DNA from: Elsinoe ampelina
Lineage: Eukaryota
Assembly: GCA_010093995.1 (NCBI GenBank)
Contig: ML992514.1
Location: 62,001-126,000 of the forward strand
Reading direction: 5' to 3'
Length of the DNA: 64,000 bases
How positions within the stretch are numbered: position 1 is the stretch's first letter; each line of letters begins with the position of its first letter. Made by a program: the position numbers and the translations under genes. This document shows, piece by piece, positions 23,317-35,599 of the stretch. Below the pieces are notes generated by a model. It saw only the letters and a list, made by a program, of their open reading frames with translations. It did no database searches and was not told where the DNA came from.

Positions 23317-25282
23317 CTACTTGGTTGCAAGATACTCGACAAACAGATCCGCCGCCTTTTCCCCAATCATCAACGCAGTGTTGTTCGTGTTCGCACCAAC
23401 ATTGACAGGAGGCACCGACAAGTCTGCCAACTTCAAACCCTTCGTCCCGTGAACACTCAGCTGATTGTCCACAACTCCCTTTTGCTCCTTGGCAGCCATC
23501 TTACACGTCCCAAGCGAATGCCATGTCGTACCAACCGTCTCACGGATTTTCTGCTCGATGGCCTTGTCGTCTTCCTCGGTGTACTGAATAGGTGGAGTAT
23601 CATCCGGCACAGGACCGTCCGCCTTTTCAACGACTGCGGCCTTTGACCCCGCAGGGAACCGAGGATGTCCGATGGCTAGCTCGCCGCGGTAGATGCTCAT
23701 GCGGCGGAACATCTCTCGGGACAGCTTGTAAGCCCAGATGTGCTTCATGAGGTCCACGTCGCCAGGGTCAGTCAGGTAGCCGACGTTGAAGTCGATCCGG
23801 TCTGACAGTTCTGGACCTGTGATGTGGATGTGTCCTCGAGAGTAGGGGTATGCGGTCCAGTTGGCGCAGGAGATGTACTCTGCGTCATCGGGCAGGACCG
23901 AGTGGTCGCTGTCAGCGAGGAATGATAGGTACATGGCGATGATCATGAGTGGGCGATCTGGGGAGTTGGCAAAGTCTCGCTTCCAGGCAGCCTCAAAGTC
24001 GGGGCCAAGGGCAGCGACGTCCTTATCCGTGGGGCGAAATTTGCCAGACGCATCCATCGAGTTCCAGCCTAGGAGCTCATGCTTCTTTGCGATCATGTCT
24101 TTGACGTCAGCTCGACCACTGATGAGGTTGTTGATGGTCTCGTTGGGTGTGAGACTGGTTCGATAAGTCCAGAGGGACAAGTGGTGATCTTGGTAGTCAT
24201 TGCCCACACCTTCGAGAGGAACGATCACTTCGACGCCAGCACGCTTGAGAACTTCAGGATTACCGACACCGGATCGCTCCAGGACAAGAGGTGTGCCATT
24301 GGCACCGGTTGAAAGGACGACAAGCTTATTGGCCTTGATGTTCTGCAAAGTCTTGTGGTGTCCATTCACTCCGTTGGTCCCGTTCGTGCCATTGGTGACG
24401 CCTGTCTTGGGTCGAAAGTGTCCAGGCTGAACCTCAACACCCACGGCTCGCTTATCGTCGTCGAACAAGACTCGCTTGACTTGGTGCTCGACGAGCACAT
24501 GCAAGTTGGGATTGTTCCCACCTTGAAGTTTGGGATGGATATAGCGATGAGCTGCATCCTGACGCTGGCCATCCGGTCCAACATACCTGAGCCACCGTTC
24601 GGTCCCATTGTTGTTGTCAAGATTCTGCAGATCTTGAAGTTCATGGTAGCCCATCTTCGCAGCTGACTCGATGAAATCGTTCTCGGCTCTATGAGCACGG
24701 AAGGTGCCGCTGGAGATGTGAATAGGTCCATCGGAGCCGTGAGCCTTCTTCTCGCCTTTACCATGGTACGTCTCGAACTGATAGAAGTTAGTCGACTGCT
24801 ATGATGACAAATGCCCGAGGCTAGCCTACCTTCTTGAGGTACGGTAACAGCTCGTCAGCAGTCCACCCAGACTGCTTCCACGAGTCAAAGTCGGACCTTT
24901 GAGCTCTGGTGTAGACCATCCAATTGATGGACGATCCACCACCTAGGATGCCTCCAGACGGTACGACGGGAGATCGATCTGCTAGTTGCTTTGCATGGTT
25001 TCCCTGCCAAAACAGAGCAGTGTTACTTCCAGGTGCTATGTTGCGAGGGAAGAGGCCGGGATGGATAACTTCAGGGACTTGGTAGTTGTTCGATCCTTGC
25101 TCGATAAGCAGGATGGACAGGTCGGGGTATGCCTCAGTCAAGCGAGCAGCGACGATACAGCCAGCAGAGCCACCTGGGAAGATGTCAGATGTGCCGATTC
25201 ATTTTGTGTCGTGAGTCGCACCTCCTGCGACTATCACGTCTACAGTCTGCAGGTCTTCTGGAAGCTTGTCGTAGAGTCCCAT
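23317..25282 (-). CDS. GMC oxidoreductase, alcohol oxidase-like; 3 exons (introns 25174-25221, 24778-24829)
   Basis: DVIVAGGGSAGC FAD motif across intron 1, LGGGSSINWMVYTR, GQRQDAAHRY, TTWHSLGTCKM and NVGANTNNTALMIGEKAA. Confidence 0.92.
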
Positions 25283-25849
25283 CTTGATTACAGAACGCAG
25301 TGGTTGAATTGAGTAGTAAGGGTGTACAGCGGTGTAAGATCAGAAAAAGATGGAGCCAAGATGTAGCAGCTCTTGTCACATTCAGCAGTACTTATGCATG
25401 TCGCGGGTTTTGGATAACATCCTTGTCCTTGATGACGGGCTTTGTGGAGAGGCGCAGGAGCGGGGTTCATCGCCATGTACGAGATCCAATGGCAATCAGC
25501 AGCTTGCCATGTTCCCGGACGACCTCCAGCTTTACAAGGATCATTGTATGTGGGCCTTGAGCGTCGGACATGGTTATGTGGTTGGTAGTCGAAGATCCCC
25601 CGCATTGAACATCCCCTCCCCGCATGTGCCTAGCAGAAAGACCCACAATTCAGTGATCGTGCCCTAGGTATTCGGAGTACACTGTCCATTGTTCGTGCAG
25701 CGCTTCTGGTACTTCGAGAGTTCTTTTGCCGTTCATGCGCGGGAGGGCGGTGTTTTGGAGGTCGGTCAACTTCCCACGAAATGACGACAGATGGCGGAGT
25801 CCTGCCCGACCTGCGGCAACCGGGTGCAAGACTGAATGCAGAGACTTGA

Positions 25850-26770
25850 TCACAGCTCAGACTGCGGCGTTACGAAATCGTCTCTATCCAGAAAGGTGCT
25901 AATGTGATTCGCGACAAGTTCAGGATACTGCCACAGAAATCCGTGGCCACTTCTTGGATATATGATAAGCTGAGAGTTCTTGATACCGACGTGGAGTTCC
26001 CAATTGCGACTTGTCGATATTAGAACATCATGGTCGCCATTCAGGATCAACGTGGGCATCTGCAGCTCATGTAGTCGAGGGTGAGAATTGCTCGAGTTGT
26101 TTGGAGAATGCCAGGCCATTGCGGCTTGACGTTGTCTCTTTGATGCATCGAGGTTGAGAGGGTCGAGAGGTATATCCTGTCCACGGGGATGCTCCTGATC
26201 CGTAATGCGTGTCCAGTACCTCTTTGCTGCCGCACGACCTTCGTCGTCATCGTAGAAGAAGGAAAAGGCAATGGCCTTCTCCATCTCACCCACATCAACT
26301 GCCGAAGACAAGACCTTTATAGGCTTGGGAGGGGCTGGTTCCCTTGGCCAGATGATGTTTCCAGGATTACTTGCGGGTTCTGAAGGGCCAGTCCCGGCAA
26401 GTATCAGCCTTCTGATTAGATGCGGTGCAGTCAAGGCTACCATCTGAACAGTGTAGCCACCCATTGAGAAGCCAAGCAAGTCAATATGGGGTAGTTGGAG
26501 GGCTTTCACGAAGGCAATGACACCGCCTGCCCAGCCTTGGTAAGTCGAGGGGACGTCGCCAGTGCTGCTGCCGATGCCTGCGTTGTCAAAGACGATGACT
26601 TGTCGGTGTTTGGCCAATGATTGGATCAAGGTGGGATCCCAATAGAACATGTTGGCTCTGAAGTGAATGTGCATCACTAATGGCACCACATCCCTAGTGT
26701 CACCAATACGACGATACGCATAGCTGACACCGTCATCTGCAACAACGTGTTCGATCGCGGTCGCTGACAT
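25850..26770 (-). CDS. Alpha/beta hydrolase fold protein (Abhydrolase_1), intronless
   Basis: FDNAGIGSS, LLGFSMGG nucleophile, NGDHD and YPRSGHGFLWQYP. Start placed at MSATAIEH. Confidence 0.88.
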   Translation of the reverse strand: MSATAIEHVVADDGVSYAYRRIGDTRDVVPLVMHIHFRANMFYWDPTLIQSLAKHRQVIVFDNAGIGSSTGDVPSTYQGWAGGVIAFVKALQLPHIDLLGFSMGGYTVQMVALTAPHLIRRLILAGTGPSEPASNPGNIIWPREPAPPKPIKVLSSAVDVGEMEKAIAFSFFYDDDEGRAAAKRYWTRITDQEHPRGQDIPLDPLNLDASKRQRQAAMAWHSPNNSSNSHPRLHELQMPTLILNGDHDVLISTSRNWELHVGIKNSQLIIYPRSGHGFLWQYPELVANHISTFLDRDDFVTPQSEL

Positions 26771-26949
26771 ACTGATGATACAGATTAGAGTGAAGTGAAT
26801 GGTTGCTAGCAGTTGTAGAATAATGGCGAGCGCATGTATATATTCGTTGCCCGGATCCGGACCGGAGTTTAACGGCTTCAGGCAGTCTACGTCTCGACTC
26901 ACCTTGATGGATGTCAGAGACATGCGGAGCACTTACCTTGGAACTCTCC

Positions 26950-27642
26950 TTACTGATCACTGTTGGAATCGTCGGGTAGTCGTGACTTGAGATTGTCCTT
27001 CCTGTCCTTCGTCCATTGTTCTGCCCAGGCATTGACTTTGCCGCCGAGAAGTTCGACTTGTCCTGCTTCCAGGAGGATCATGCCACGAGCAATGGTCGCC
27101 GATCGGATGAGCAATTTGGCACCCATGCCTGTTGCCAGACTAATTCCAGAAATAGGTGTGAGCTCAAAAGCGTATATTTTGGTGCCGTTCACGTCCTGAA
27201 CAAGCAGCTTATGCGGGCCCTTGGACTGGTCCGGATTCATGTTCACTGTCGTGCCGTCGTCGCTATCCGGATTTAGACGGATGATTTCTCGACCTCGAGT
27301 CATTTCGCCACGTTCCTGCTGTTCGAGCAGTTCGATCTGTGACCAGCGAGATCGACTGATGTCTTCAATGTCCAGAATCTGGACGATGACAGGATGGAGG
27401 ATTTGTTGTTCCTTCACTGTCGCCTGGACGGCATTCCCAGGCAGGGCATTACAGGTGTCTTTGTCCAGACTTTGTGTGATATCAGAGGCGAGTAATTTGA
27501 ATTCGGCAGATTTCTTGAGAGCGGCTGGAGCGCTGTTGGGCCTTGCAGAAGCGGTGAAAGAGGCCAACCATTGCTGCGGCGGACAGAGTTGCTTCGAGGA
27601 CAGATAAGCTCGCACGGATTGCAGTAGATCGTCACTCGCCAT
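26950..27642 (-). CDS. RMI1: RecQ-mediated genome instability protein 1-like (N-terminal helical region plus OB fold)
   Basis: LLASDI, VQILDIEDISRSRWSQ, GPHKLLVQD, GMGAKLL and ARGMILL pattern of the RMI1 OB fold. Start placed at MASDDLL. Confidence 0.8.
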   Translation of the reverse strand: MASDDLLQSVRAYLSSKQLCPPQQWLASFTASARPNSAPAALKKSAEFKLLASDITQSLDKDTCNALPGNAVQATVKEQQILHPVIVQILDIEDISRSRWSQIELLEQQERGEMTRGREIIRLNPDSDDGTTVNMNPDQSKGPHKLLVQDVNGTKIYAFELTPISGISLATGMGAKLLIRSATIARGMILLEAGQVELLGGKVNAWAEQWTKDRKDNLKSRLPDDSNSDQ

Positions 27643-27934
27643 CACCACACGCCATGAACGTTGTCCGTCAGATTTGTCGTGGCAGGTGGAAAGATGGAAT
27701 CGTGGACATAACTTACTGTAGGTAGTCGTGAAAGTGTTCAAAACGCCCGCGGCCTTGGCGTTTCCTGGAGACCCACACATGAACAACTGTCAGTCCTGTA
27801 TCCTGTCTTTCATTCCCAATATACAATAATTCTTGACATTGTTCGACAGTGTCGTTGTACCTCGGCTCCGTATACTGTGTGTAATCCGATAGAAGTTCGG
27901 CTATCAGATCTTTTACTCTGCTCTGCACTCCACA

Positions 27935-28735
27935 ATGACCACTATAGCTTCTCCTCGCCCATCCTTGACTTTATCCTCAAGACGTACATCAACCTCCACG
28001 GACACAATCGTGAGATCTGAGTCATCTACAAGAATACCAGGAGCGCCAACTCAACGACGAAATCGAGCTGCCTTACGGGAGTTCTATGGCATCAAGAATG
28101 CAGCCCAGACCGAGAGCACTAACTCGAGCGACACACTGCCATTCGAGGACGACAATCCAAAATCCGAACTCGACAGCGAGAACTTTGATGCGGATCGATA
28201 CGTCCGAGATTTGCTGCAAAGGGAGGGTCTCGAGGGTGTTTTGAAGGTGGAGGCGAGTCTCCTCAAGGACATTAGGGGTTTCGACGGCGAAAAGAAAGCA
28301 TTGATCTACGACAATTATTCCAAACTCATCGGTGCCACTGACACTATTCGCAAGGTTCGTTAATGTATGTCTTCTATTTGACTAGAATACACCCTGACAC
28401 CAATCCAGATGCGTGGCAATATGGATCCTCTAAAGCCAACTTTCCGGACACTTACGCCAGCGATATCTGATATTGCCACAACCGCCGAGAAGCTCTCAAG
28501 CTCGTCCAGTCAGATTGTCCCACCCAGCCAGAACGACGAGAAACGGGAGAAGCAAAGACGGGCGGTCCAATATGTGCTCGAAACGCCGACCAGACTAAGG
28601 CGACTACAGGACGCTGGTCAGACAGGAGCGGCTGCCGAAGATTGGGCCAAAGTCTCGAAGCTGCTCGAGAAATGGAAAGATGTCCCTGGAGCTGCCGAAG
28701 TACGGCAGGAGTGCAGCCACATTATGGCTGGCTGA
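27935..28735 (+). CDS. VPS51: GARP complex subunit Vps51-like; 2 exons (intron 28355-28408)
   Basis: RRNRAALREFYG, SELDSENFDADRYV and DGEKKALIYDNYSKLIGATDTIRK-MR. Confidence 0.88.
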
Positions 28736-30164
28736 TCTCACCACTCCGGAACATTTGGTCTGATGAACCCATACAGCCACCGACTGCCATGCTAGTAGGA
28801 GGGATCCCGAAGATGAGCTTTGGAACTGTGATCTGGCGGTCGTTTGACCAGTCAGATGCAGACTGCTCTAGCGCCACAACTCGGAATGACAGGTAGCAGC
28901 CGCCATGTCCGAATTGTTCACTTTATCCGGTGCTATGGGCGCAACAAAGAGTCAGTTGTCGGAGTTTACGGCATGTTCGGAACCCGACGGAAAGTCAGCA
29001 CCACCACAAAGCGACCAGCGAGACCAATGGGCGGTTAGTGACAACGACGACCGGGCATTCACATCATAAATCTGAAGCACACCGCTCTGGTTATGCAGAT
29101 GCTCGGTGTCGGGAGGGCTCTGCTGGACCGTGGTCGCCGCTCCATCAACTTCTTGGCCGAGGTCCCAGGACCACGTGATGGTGGGACACTTTAGCTGCAT
29201 GCACGCCGATGATCAGCGAATGGACCGATTCTCGGAATGACAAGCATGTACGAGTAGATGGAATTCGTTGGCACGCACGTTAATGCGCGCATGTGAGTCA
29301 GGCAGCAAGAAGGCGATGCAGATCCTTCGACATGGCATTGCTTACCAAACCGCGGTCAGGAATGTCTGGCCTTGCATTGTGCTTGACCTGGGGAGTGTCA
29401 GCCTTATTTGCACCTGTCAGACACAACTCTTGTCAAAAATCTGGGCAGACACGCCCATCAAGTATGCTCAGATCTGCTGTACAGTAAGCATGGATGTGGT
29501 TTGCGAGCATCGAGCATCGAGCATGCGGGTTCGGGAGCTGCGGAACGAAAGTCGATGAACATCATCATTTTTAGCGCTGGTTCGGCGGCATTTGGCGAAT
29601 TTTTGGCGAATCCGCCCTGCATGTGTCGGGGCCTTTCTGACCAATCCGGGCTCGTCATGGGAGCTCCGGAGGTCAAGGCTTGTTTGCGTCATGAGCCCAG
29701 CTTCCAAACTTTTTTTTTGGAGCTTCACACATGCTCTGCTGATGCGTGCTGACAACCACCTGGTTCGGCACACATCCTTTCCAGCCTCATGCCTTTTGTG
29801 ATCCGACTCAAACTCCATTCCTTACTGCCGTCGGGTCTTTCGGGTGCGATGGAGCAGGACGGCGGCGGTAGGCTGACCGATGGTATGACACAATGCTACT
29901 TCATCTTCGTCAGACGGACCTTTATTACCAATACTGTCAGCACTTTCTGCACGCGATACTCGGTAGATACTATTTCTTGACCCTCCATCATCAGTCAGCT
30001 GTTCCGCTATCTTCACAAACTTGATCCGCACCTTCCTCTTGCGCTTTCCTTTACTTCAAGACAACTTCACAACGGTCAGCATCATAGCTTTACCTCACCG
30101 AGCAGTCCATTTGGGCACCGCATTCTTAGTCGTATGAGTTTGGAACTTGTTGCGCCACCGAGGC

Positions 30165-32023
30165 ATGCTCGAGCTTTCAAGATCTGCACAAAGCTCTGCC
30201 GCGTTCCTGCTTGCGGTTCTGCCGCTGGTGGTCGCGCACGGTGAAGGACAGGGCCATGAAGCAGCAGCATGCATGAATATGGATCATCCGGCACACGAAG
30301 CGCATGGAGGCTGCACGCATACGACAGCTGCGGCACCACAAGACCTGCCTCCAACTTACTTCAACCACCCAGACTACGCTGGCTGGATGTATGCGCACAT
30401 CATCCTAATGACAATTGCATGGGCCGTCATTCTCCCAGTCGGTGAGTACGACACTATTGAATTAGTATGTCGGCAAGACTGACCAAGCCAGCTGTCTTCA
30501 TCAGCACCGCGAAATCTCGAATAGCGATACCTGTGCAGTTCCTATTCCTCGGGGTCAATGCTCTAGGCATCTTCACGAGCATTGTGTACGATGCAAAGAC
30601 ACCCGATCTCTACCCCAACAACGCGCACCACAAGATCGGATGGGCTGTCACCTGGATAGCTCTGGCATGGCTCCTGCTCGGTCTGCTGAATTTCGTCAAT
30701 CTTCGCCAGCCGAAGGCTTCGCGCGTTCAGCACAATCTCACCATCTCGTCCCAAGCCATGGCTCGGTACGAGCAGCTTACCGACCATAATATCCAGAACT
30801 CGCCTAGGTTCTCTCGAGATTCAGGACACGGCACAGAGCGTAACTCGTCATCGTCGTTCGGAGGCCCGACCAGGACCAACAGCGCTGAAGAAGTGCTCCA
30901 AAAGCCAGAGCTCCCGTTGTACCCATCAGACAGCGATCGTGAAGAGGACGAGCTGGAAGCTGAGCATGAATCTAGCCCGTTCATGCCTACTGGGCGGGTC
31001 AATCGGTTCGTCACCAATCGCATTCCAAAGTTCAGGTCGGCCCGTTTCGTCAAAGCGATCAAAGTTACCTATGTCCTTCTCGAACGCTTTCAAGTAATCC
31101 TCGCCTTCGTTGCGCTCGCTACAGGGTTTGTCACTTGGATCGGCATCTTCAAGACTGATGGACTCCTGAATGGTTTGGCACATTGGGTCAAGGGTGGAAT
31201 CTTCTTCTGGTATGGGCTGCTCACTCTTGGTCGTTGGATGGGAGCATTCGCAGATTTCGGTTGGGCGTGGAATGCCAAACCAGGTCATCCCTTGGTCTCT
31301 CGGGCAGCTGCGCGTATGCCATCTGCCGAGTTTACAGAAAGCTTCGTCATCTTTCTCTACGGTGCCAGTAACGTGTTTCTCGAACATCTTACTGCGTGGG
31401 GCAAAGAATGGTCGATGATGGATCTCGAGCATATCAGCATCACCATCATGTTCTTCGGAGGCGGCTTGTTGGGTATGCTGGTGGAAAGTAAAAGAGCAAG
31501 GGAACTCCTCAATACCAACATCCAACTCAAATCCGAGGAGGTGGAAAGGTTTGCTGGACCATCCCACCTGCAAGAAGAAGAATGGGATACACCAAAAACG
31601 TACAAGATCAGTCTGAATCCTCTGCCGGCGCTGGTCATCTTCCTGCTAGGTCTCATGATGTCGAACCACCACCAGGATAGTGCGACGTCAACTGCGATTC
31701 ATGGTCAATGGGGCACCCTCTTCTCTGGATACGCACTGGCTCGCATGTTCACCTATCTGCTTCTCTACCTCAAACCGCCAACATCATACTTCCCTTCTCG
31801 TCCGCCGACCGAGCTGATCTCTGCGTTCTGCTTGATCTGTGGAGGGCTGATATTCATGGCCAGCACGAGGGATGTCATCAAGCTTCTGGACAGGAACAAT
31901 CTGCACGCCATGTTCATTCTGACCGTCATGGTTGGGGTTTCCTGCTTGATCATGGTTTGGACTGTCATACTGTATGGTATTCGCGGCTGGGCTGTCAGAA
32001 GGGAAGCGAGGAGAATGCGATGA
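30165..32023 (+). CDS. Multi-pass membrane protein, Ytp1/DUF2427-like; 2 exons (intron 30442-30491)
   Basis: Signal peptide ending VVAHG, YAHIILMTIAW, TPDLYPNNAHHKIGW, NGLAHWVKGGIFFWYG, DLEHISI and SRPPTELI. Confidence 0.8.
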
Positions 32024-32276
32024 GATGGTATTGTGTAACAGGGCGTACAACCACGACGACACGATTTGACATTTCGCGTACATGATACCCTAGGAGCCTG
32101 GGTTTCAATCGACCTTGGATGTCGAATGCAGATTAGCCTTTGTCTTTAGCCTTGTGTTCCAAATGTCGTTGATGCTATCCATAGCACCTAATAATTACAA
32201 TCCCTCTCCTCATCCACTTCTCTAAGCAAAATGGGTATCATGCATCCTCCCCTCCCCTCCCCTCCATTCATGCCAA

Positions 32277-33035
32277 TCACCTCACCCCCCTGACCCTCCC
32301 CCTGCTGATCCCCGACCCCCTCGCGCTTCCCGTGCCAGGTGTCCCCCTCCCAACCCCACCCCTCGTCGACACACCCCTCCCCCTCCCTCCCCTCGCCCCA
32401 CTCCCCACCCCAGCAGACCCACTCCTCGCACTCCCCACTGTCGACACGGGCGTCGCGTACCTCCCCGGCCCCACACCCGCCGACGCCGACGCCGGCGGAT
32501 CATTCACAAAACTCGTATCGCTCGTCAAAAACGTCGCATCGACATCGGCCTTCCTGCCCGTCGTCCCCAACGCCTGACCCAAACCCGCCGGGCCCACCCT
32601 CCCCTGCCCCTGCCCCTGGCGTCCCTCCTCTTTATCCCTCTCCGTCTCCCGCTCCGCGACCCGCCTGAACGCCTCCCCCCCCGGGGCCTCGGGGAAATCC
32701 ACGCAGAAAGCACTCATGTTCAGGCCGTAGAGGAAGGCGGAGAAGTTCTCGTTGAAGCGGGCCACGGATTCGTGGAGGAGTTGGAGGTGCATCATGTTGG
32801 CTTCGAGGTCGGCGAGGGAGTCGGTTAGCTCGGCGAATTGGGGCTCGAAAGGGGTGAGGGGGTGGGAGGTGGTGGAGGTGGTGGAGGGGGGGTTGGTGGT
32901 GGAGGAGGAGGCGCGGAGGGAGGAGCGGGATGGGGGCCGGAGAGGGGTGGTGGGGTGGTGGGGTGGGCGGGTGCGGGAGGTGCTCCGTGGGCGAGGATGG
33001 GAGGAGGGCGGGGGGAGAGGGGGGGTTGTGGACAT
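32277..33035 (-). CDS. DAM1: DASH complex subunit Dam1
   Basis: RPTTPLRP-like N-terminus, FAELTDSLADLEANMMHLQLLHESVARFNENFSAFLYGLNMSAFCVDFPEAP, and TFLTSDTSFV. Confidence 0.9.
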   Translation of the reverse strand: MSTTPPLPPPSSHPRPRSTSRTRPPHHPTTPLRPPSRSSLRASSSTTNPPSTTSTTSHPLTPFEPQFAELTDSLADLEANMMHLQLLHESVARFNENFSAFLYGLNMSAFCVDFPEAPGGEAFRRVAERETERDKEEGRQGQGQGRVGPAGLGQALGTTGRKADVDATFLTSDTSFVNDPPASASAGVGPGRYATPVSTVGSARSGSAGVGSGARGGRGRGVSTRGGVGRGTPGTGSARGSGISRGRVRGVR

Positions 33036-33653
33036 GGTGGTGTTGGGGTTTGAGGTTGAGGTTGATGGGGAGGTTCGAGGAGGACGCGTTGAGTGGGTTG
33101 AGCGCGTTGACGAGGGGGAATTGCTGAATAGGATGGGTTGAGAAGCGTGCAGCTTTGATCCAGCGTCTGAGGAACTCCAGATCGGTGCCCAATTGACTGG
33201 CCAGTAGTGTGCTCCGAGGTCGTGAAGTGGTGTGTATGTTTACGTCAAGGTCAAATTGATGTTGATCTGCAGAAGATCGATGAAATAGCTTCCCCGGATT
33301 TCTCGCTGCATTGAAATTTCCGGGTGCCTTTTTTTGACGATCCGTGATGATCGCCGTCAGGTGCAGGTTCAGGTTCAGGTCGCGTCAGACACATCTCACC
33401 GTTGCACAACCTCCAAGAAACGACTCGACCATTTGCTCGGCAACATCTATCTATCCTCGACCCTAGGGCACGCAATCTATCGACTGTCACACTTGACTCC
33501 TGCCAGGATTCCTCTCCCAGTCGACCATAAACCCCGCGACGCGGTATTTCACTCGTGGTTTCAACCAGATCATGACATAATCCTGGGCTCCCTCATCTCA
33601 CCACCAACACTGCCCCCTCCCGGTACCTGGCGCATTCGTCCCTCCCGCCGTAG

Positions 33654-35433
33654 ATGCGCCCTCTGAGACTTACATCACTTTCTTCTATACCCAATCGTGC
33701 TTTCAGATCCTATACATCTCTCCTTGGACTACAATCCGTACAACCCCGCTGTTCCGCGCAGGCACTTTTCGCAAACAGAGTCTCACCCATCCGGCGCATC
33801 CACACGCGAGCATCTTACAGACCAGAACCACAGTATCAGCGCGTACAGTACGCAGTAGATCCAGTCTCCATCCTAGTCGCACTTGCCATTACCTCAGCAG
33901 CCGGATACCTTGTCACAGAATACCTATATCCTCTGCAAGACGACCCCTCCAAGCCTACCCCTCAACCCATCACTCCCAGTCCTTTGGACCTCGAGGAAGA
34001 CCTCGACATGACAACACTTCCTCCCGGACGACCCGGTAATCTTACCGCCGAACAAGAGGTCAAGCTGAAAGAGTTCTGGCAACAAACATTTGAGATACTC
34101 GGCGTACTCGATAGCACACATGCACCAAATGGTACCCCGAAACTAGGCTCATCACCCAATCCTGGCGCAACTTCTTCTCCTCTCTTGTCCGCAGAGTCGC
34201 CGAATCTATCAAAACGCAAGTCTCGTCTCTCCTGGTTCGGACGGCATGGCAAGGACGAGGATTCCGACGCCAACAGCACAGCCAGTGGTGACGACAAGCA
34301 TGGTCTCAACAAGGAGTTCAAGAAGGCTCTGGCACAGCATAGTAGCGAAAAGTTCCGGACCGCTTTCTGGGGTATGGTAAAGCACGACGATCCAGATGCG
34401 CTCATGCTACGATTCCTGCGCGCAAGGAAGTGGGACGTCCACGACGCACTCGTCATGCTGGTCGCGACACTACATTGGCGCATGGTCGAGATGAAGGTCG
34501 ACGAAGAAGTGATGAGTACTGGCGAGGGTGGCTTCATCGAGCGCAGCAAGACCAGCACAGGCGAGACAAAGAAAGACGCCGAGGACTTTATGGCTCAACT
34601 CCGCATGGGTAAGAGTCTGATCCACGGCCGCGATCGAGAAGGACGACCTGTCAGCGTCGTCCGCGTCCGAAAGCATCAACCTGGCCAACAGACCGAGCGC
34701 GCTCTAGAAATGTACACCGTCTACGTAATCGAAACCACCCGCCTCCTCCTCAAACCCCCCGTCGACACCGCCGTACGTCTTCCTCTCCCCACCTTCCACT
34801 TCCCTTCACTCTAACCACTCCCAGACCATCATCTTCGACATGACCTCCTTTGCCATGTCCAACATGGACTACACGCCCGTGAAATTCATGATCAAATGCT
34901 TCGAAGCCAACTACCCCGAGTCTCTCGGCAGCGTCCTCGTCTACAAATCGCCCTGGATCTTCCAAGGCATTTGGAAGATCATCCGCGGCTGGCTCGACCC
35001 GGTCGTCGCCTCCAAAGTGCACTTCTGCGACGACGAGACGCAGCTCGGCGCTTACATCGACACGAAACGTATTCCCAAGGAAATGGGCGGCGAGGAGGAC
35101 TGGGAGTATAAATACGTTGAGCCGACACCCGGCGAGGACGAGAGGATGAAGGACGAGAAGACGCGGGGGGAGATTGAAAAGGAGCGTAAAGGGGTGGCGG
35201 AGGAGTATGAGAAGTTGACGGTGAGTTGGGTCAAGGAAGGGGGGAGGAGAAGAGAGGAGAGAGAGAAGTTGGCGGAGAGGTTGAGGGAGAATTATTGGCG
35301 GTTAGATCCGTATGTGAGGGCGAGGAGTCTGTATGATCGGATAGGGATGATAAGTGAGGGGGGCAAAGTGGAATTTTACCCACAGGATCATGCGCAGAAG
35401 AAGGTTGAAACGGGAGCGGATGATGTGGATTAG
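33654..35433 (+). CDS. CSR1: CRAL-TRIO lipid transfer protein, Csr1-like; 2 exons (intron 34773-34824); alternative start 34008
   Basis: [51 protein letters not shown] and YWRLDPYVRARSLYDR. Confidence 0.85.
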
Positions 35434-35599
35434 ATAACCAGGAGAAGATAGAGCTGGTTAGAGATGTCATTAAAAAGGTCTATACAGTAATCCCCACCAC
35501 AGCGCCTCGCTATGCTGATATTCCTGTCCCAGTGGTATCGTGCAAGACAAACCATCCCCATGAAGCAGAAGAACCTTCCGCCCGACTTTTATGAATGCT

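Noticed and set aside
20590..26770. Secondary-metabolite gene cluster
   Set aside because: No PKS, NRPS, terpene synthase, transporter or cluster regulator, and the enzymes are interspersed with housekeeping genes such as SEC14.
28740..30130. Short ORFs and a duplicated CTCGGAATGACA (about 28880 and 29231) between VPS51 and the membrane protein gene
   Set aside because: No recognisable domain or consistent exon chain, and two copies of a 12-mer are too little evidence.
32282..33192. Many overlapping and antisense ORFs over DAM1, the esterase, the SDR, the Ras-like gene and GAR1
   Set aside because: Low-complexity P/G/R translations expected from extreme GC skew, with no recognisable motifs.
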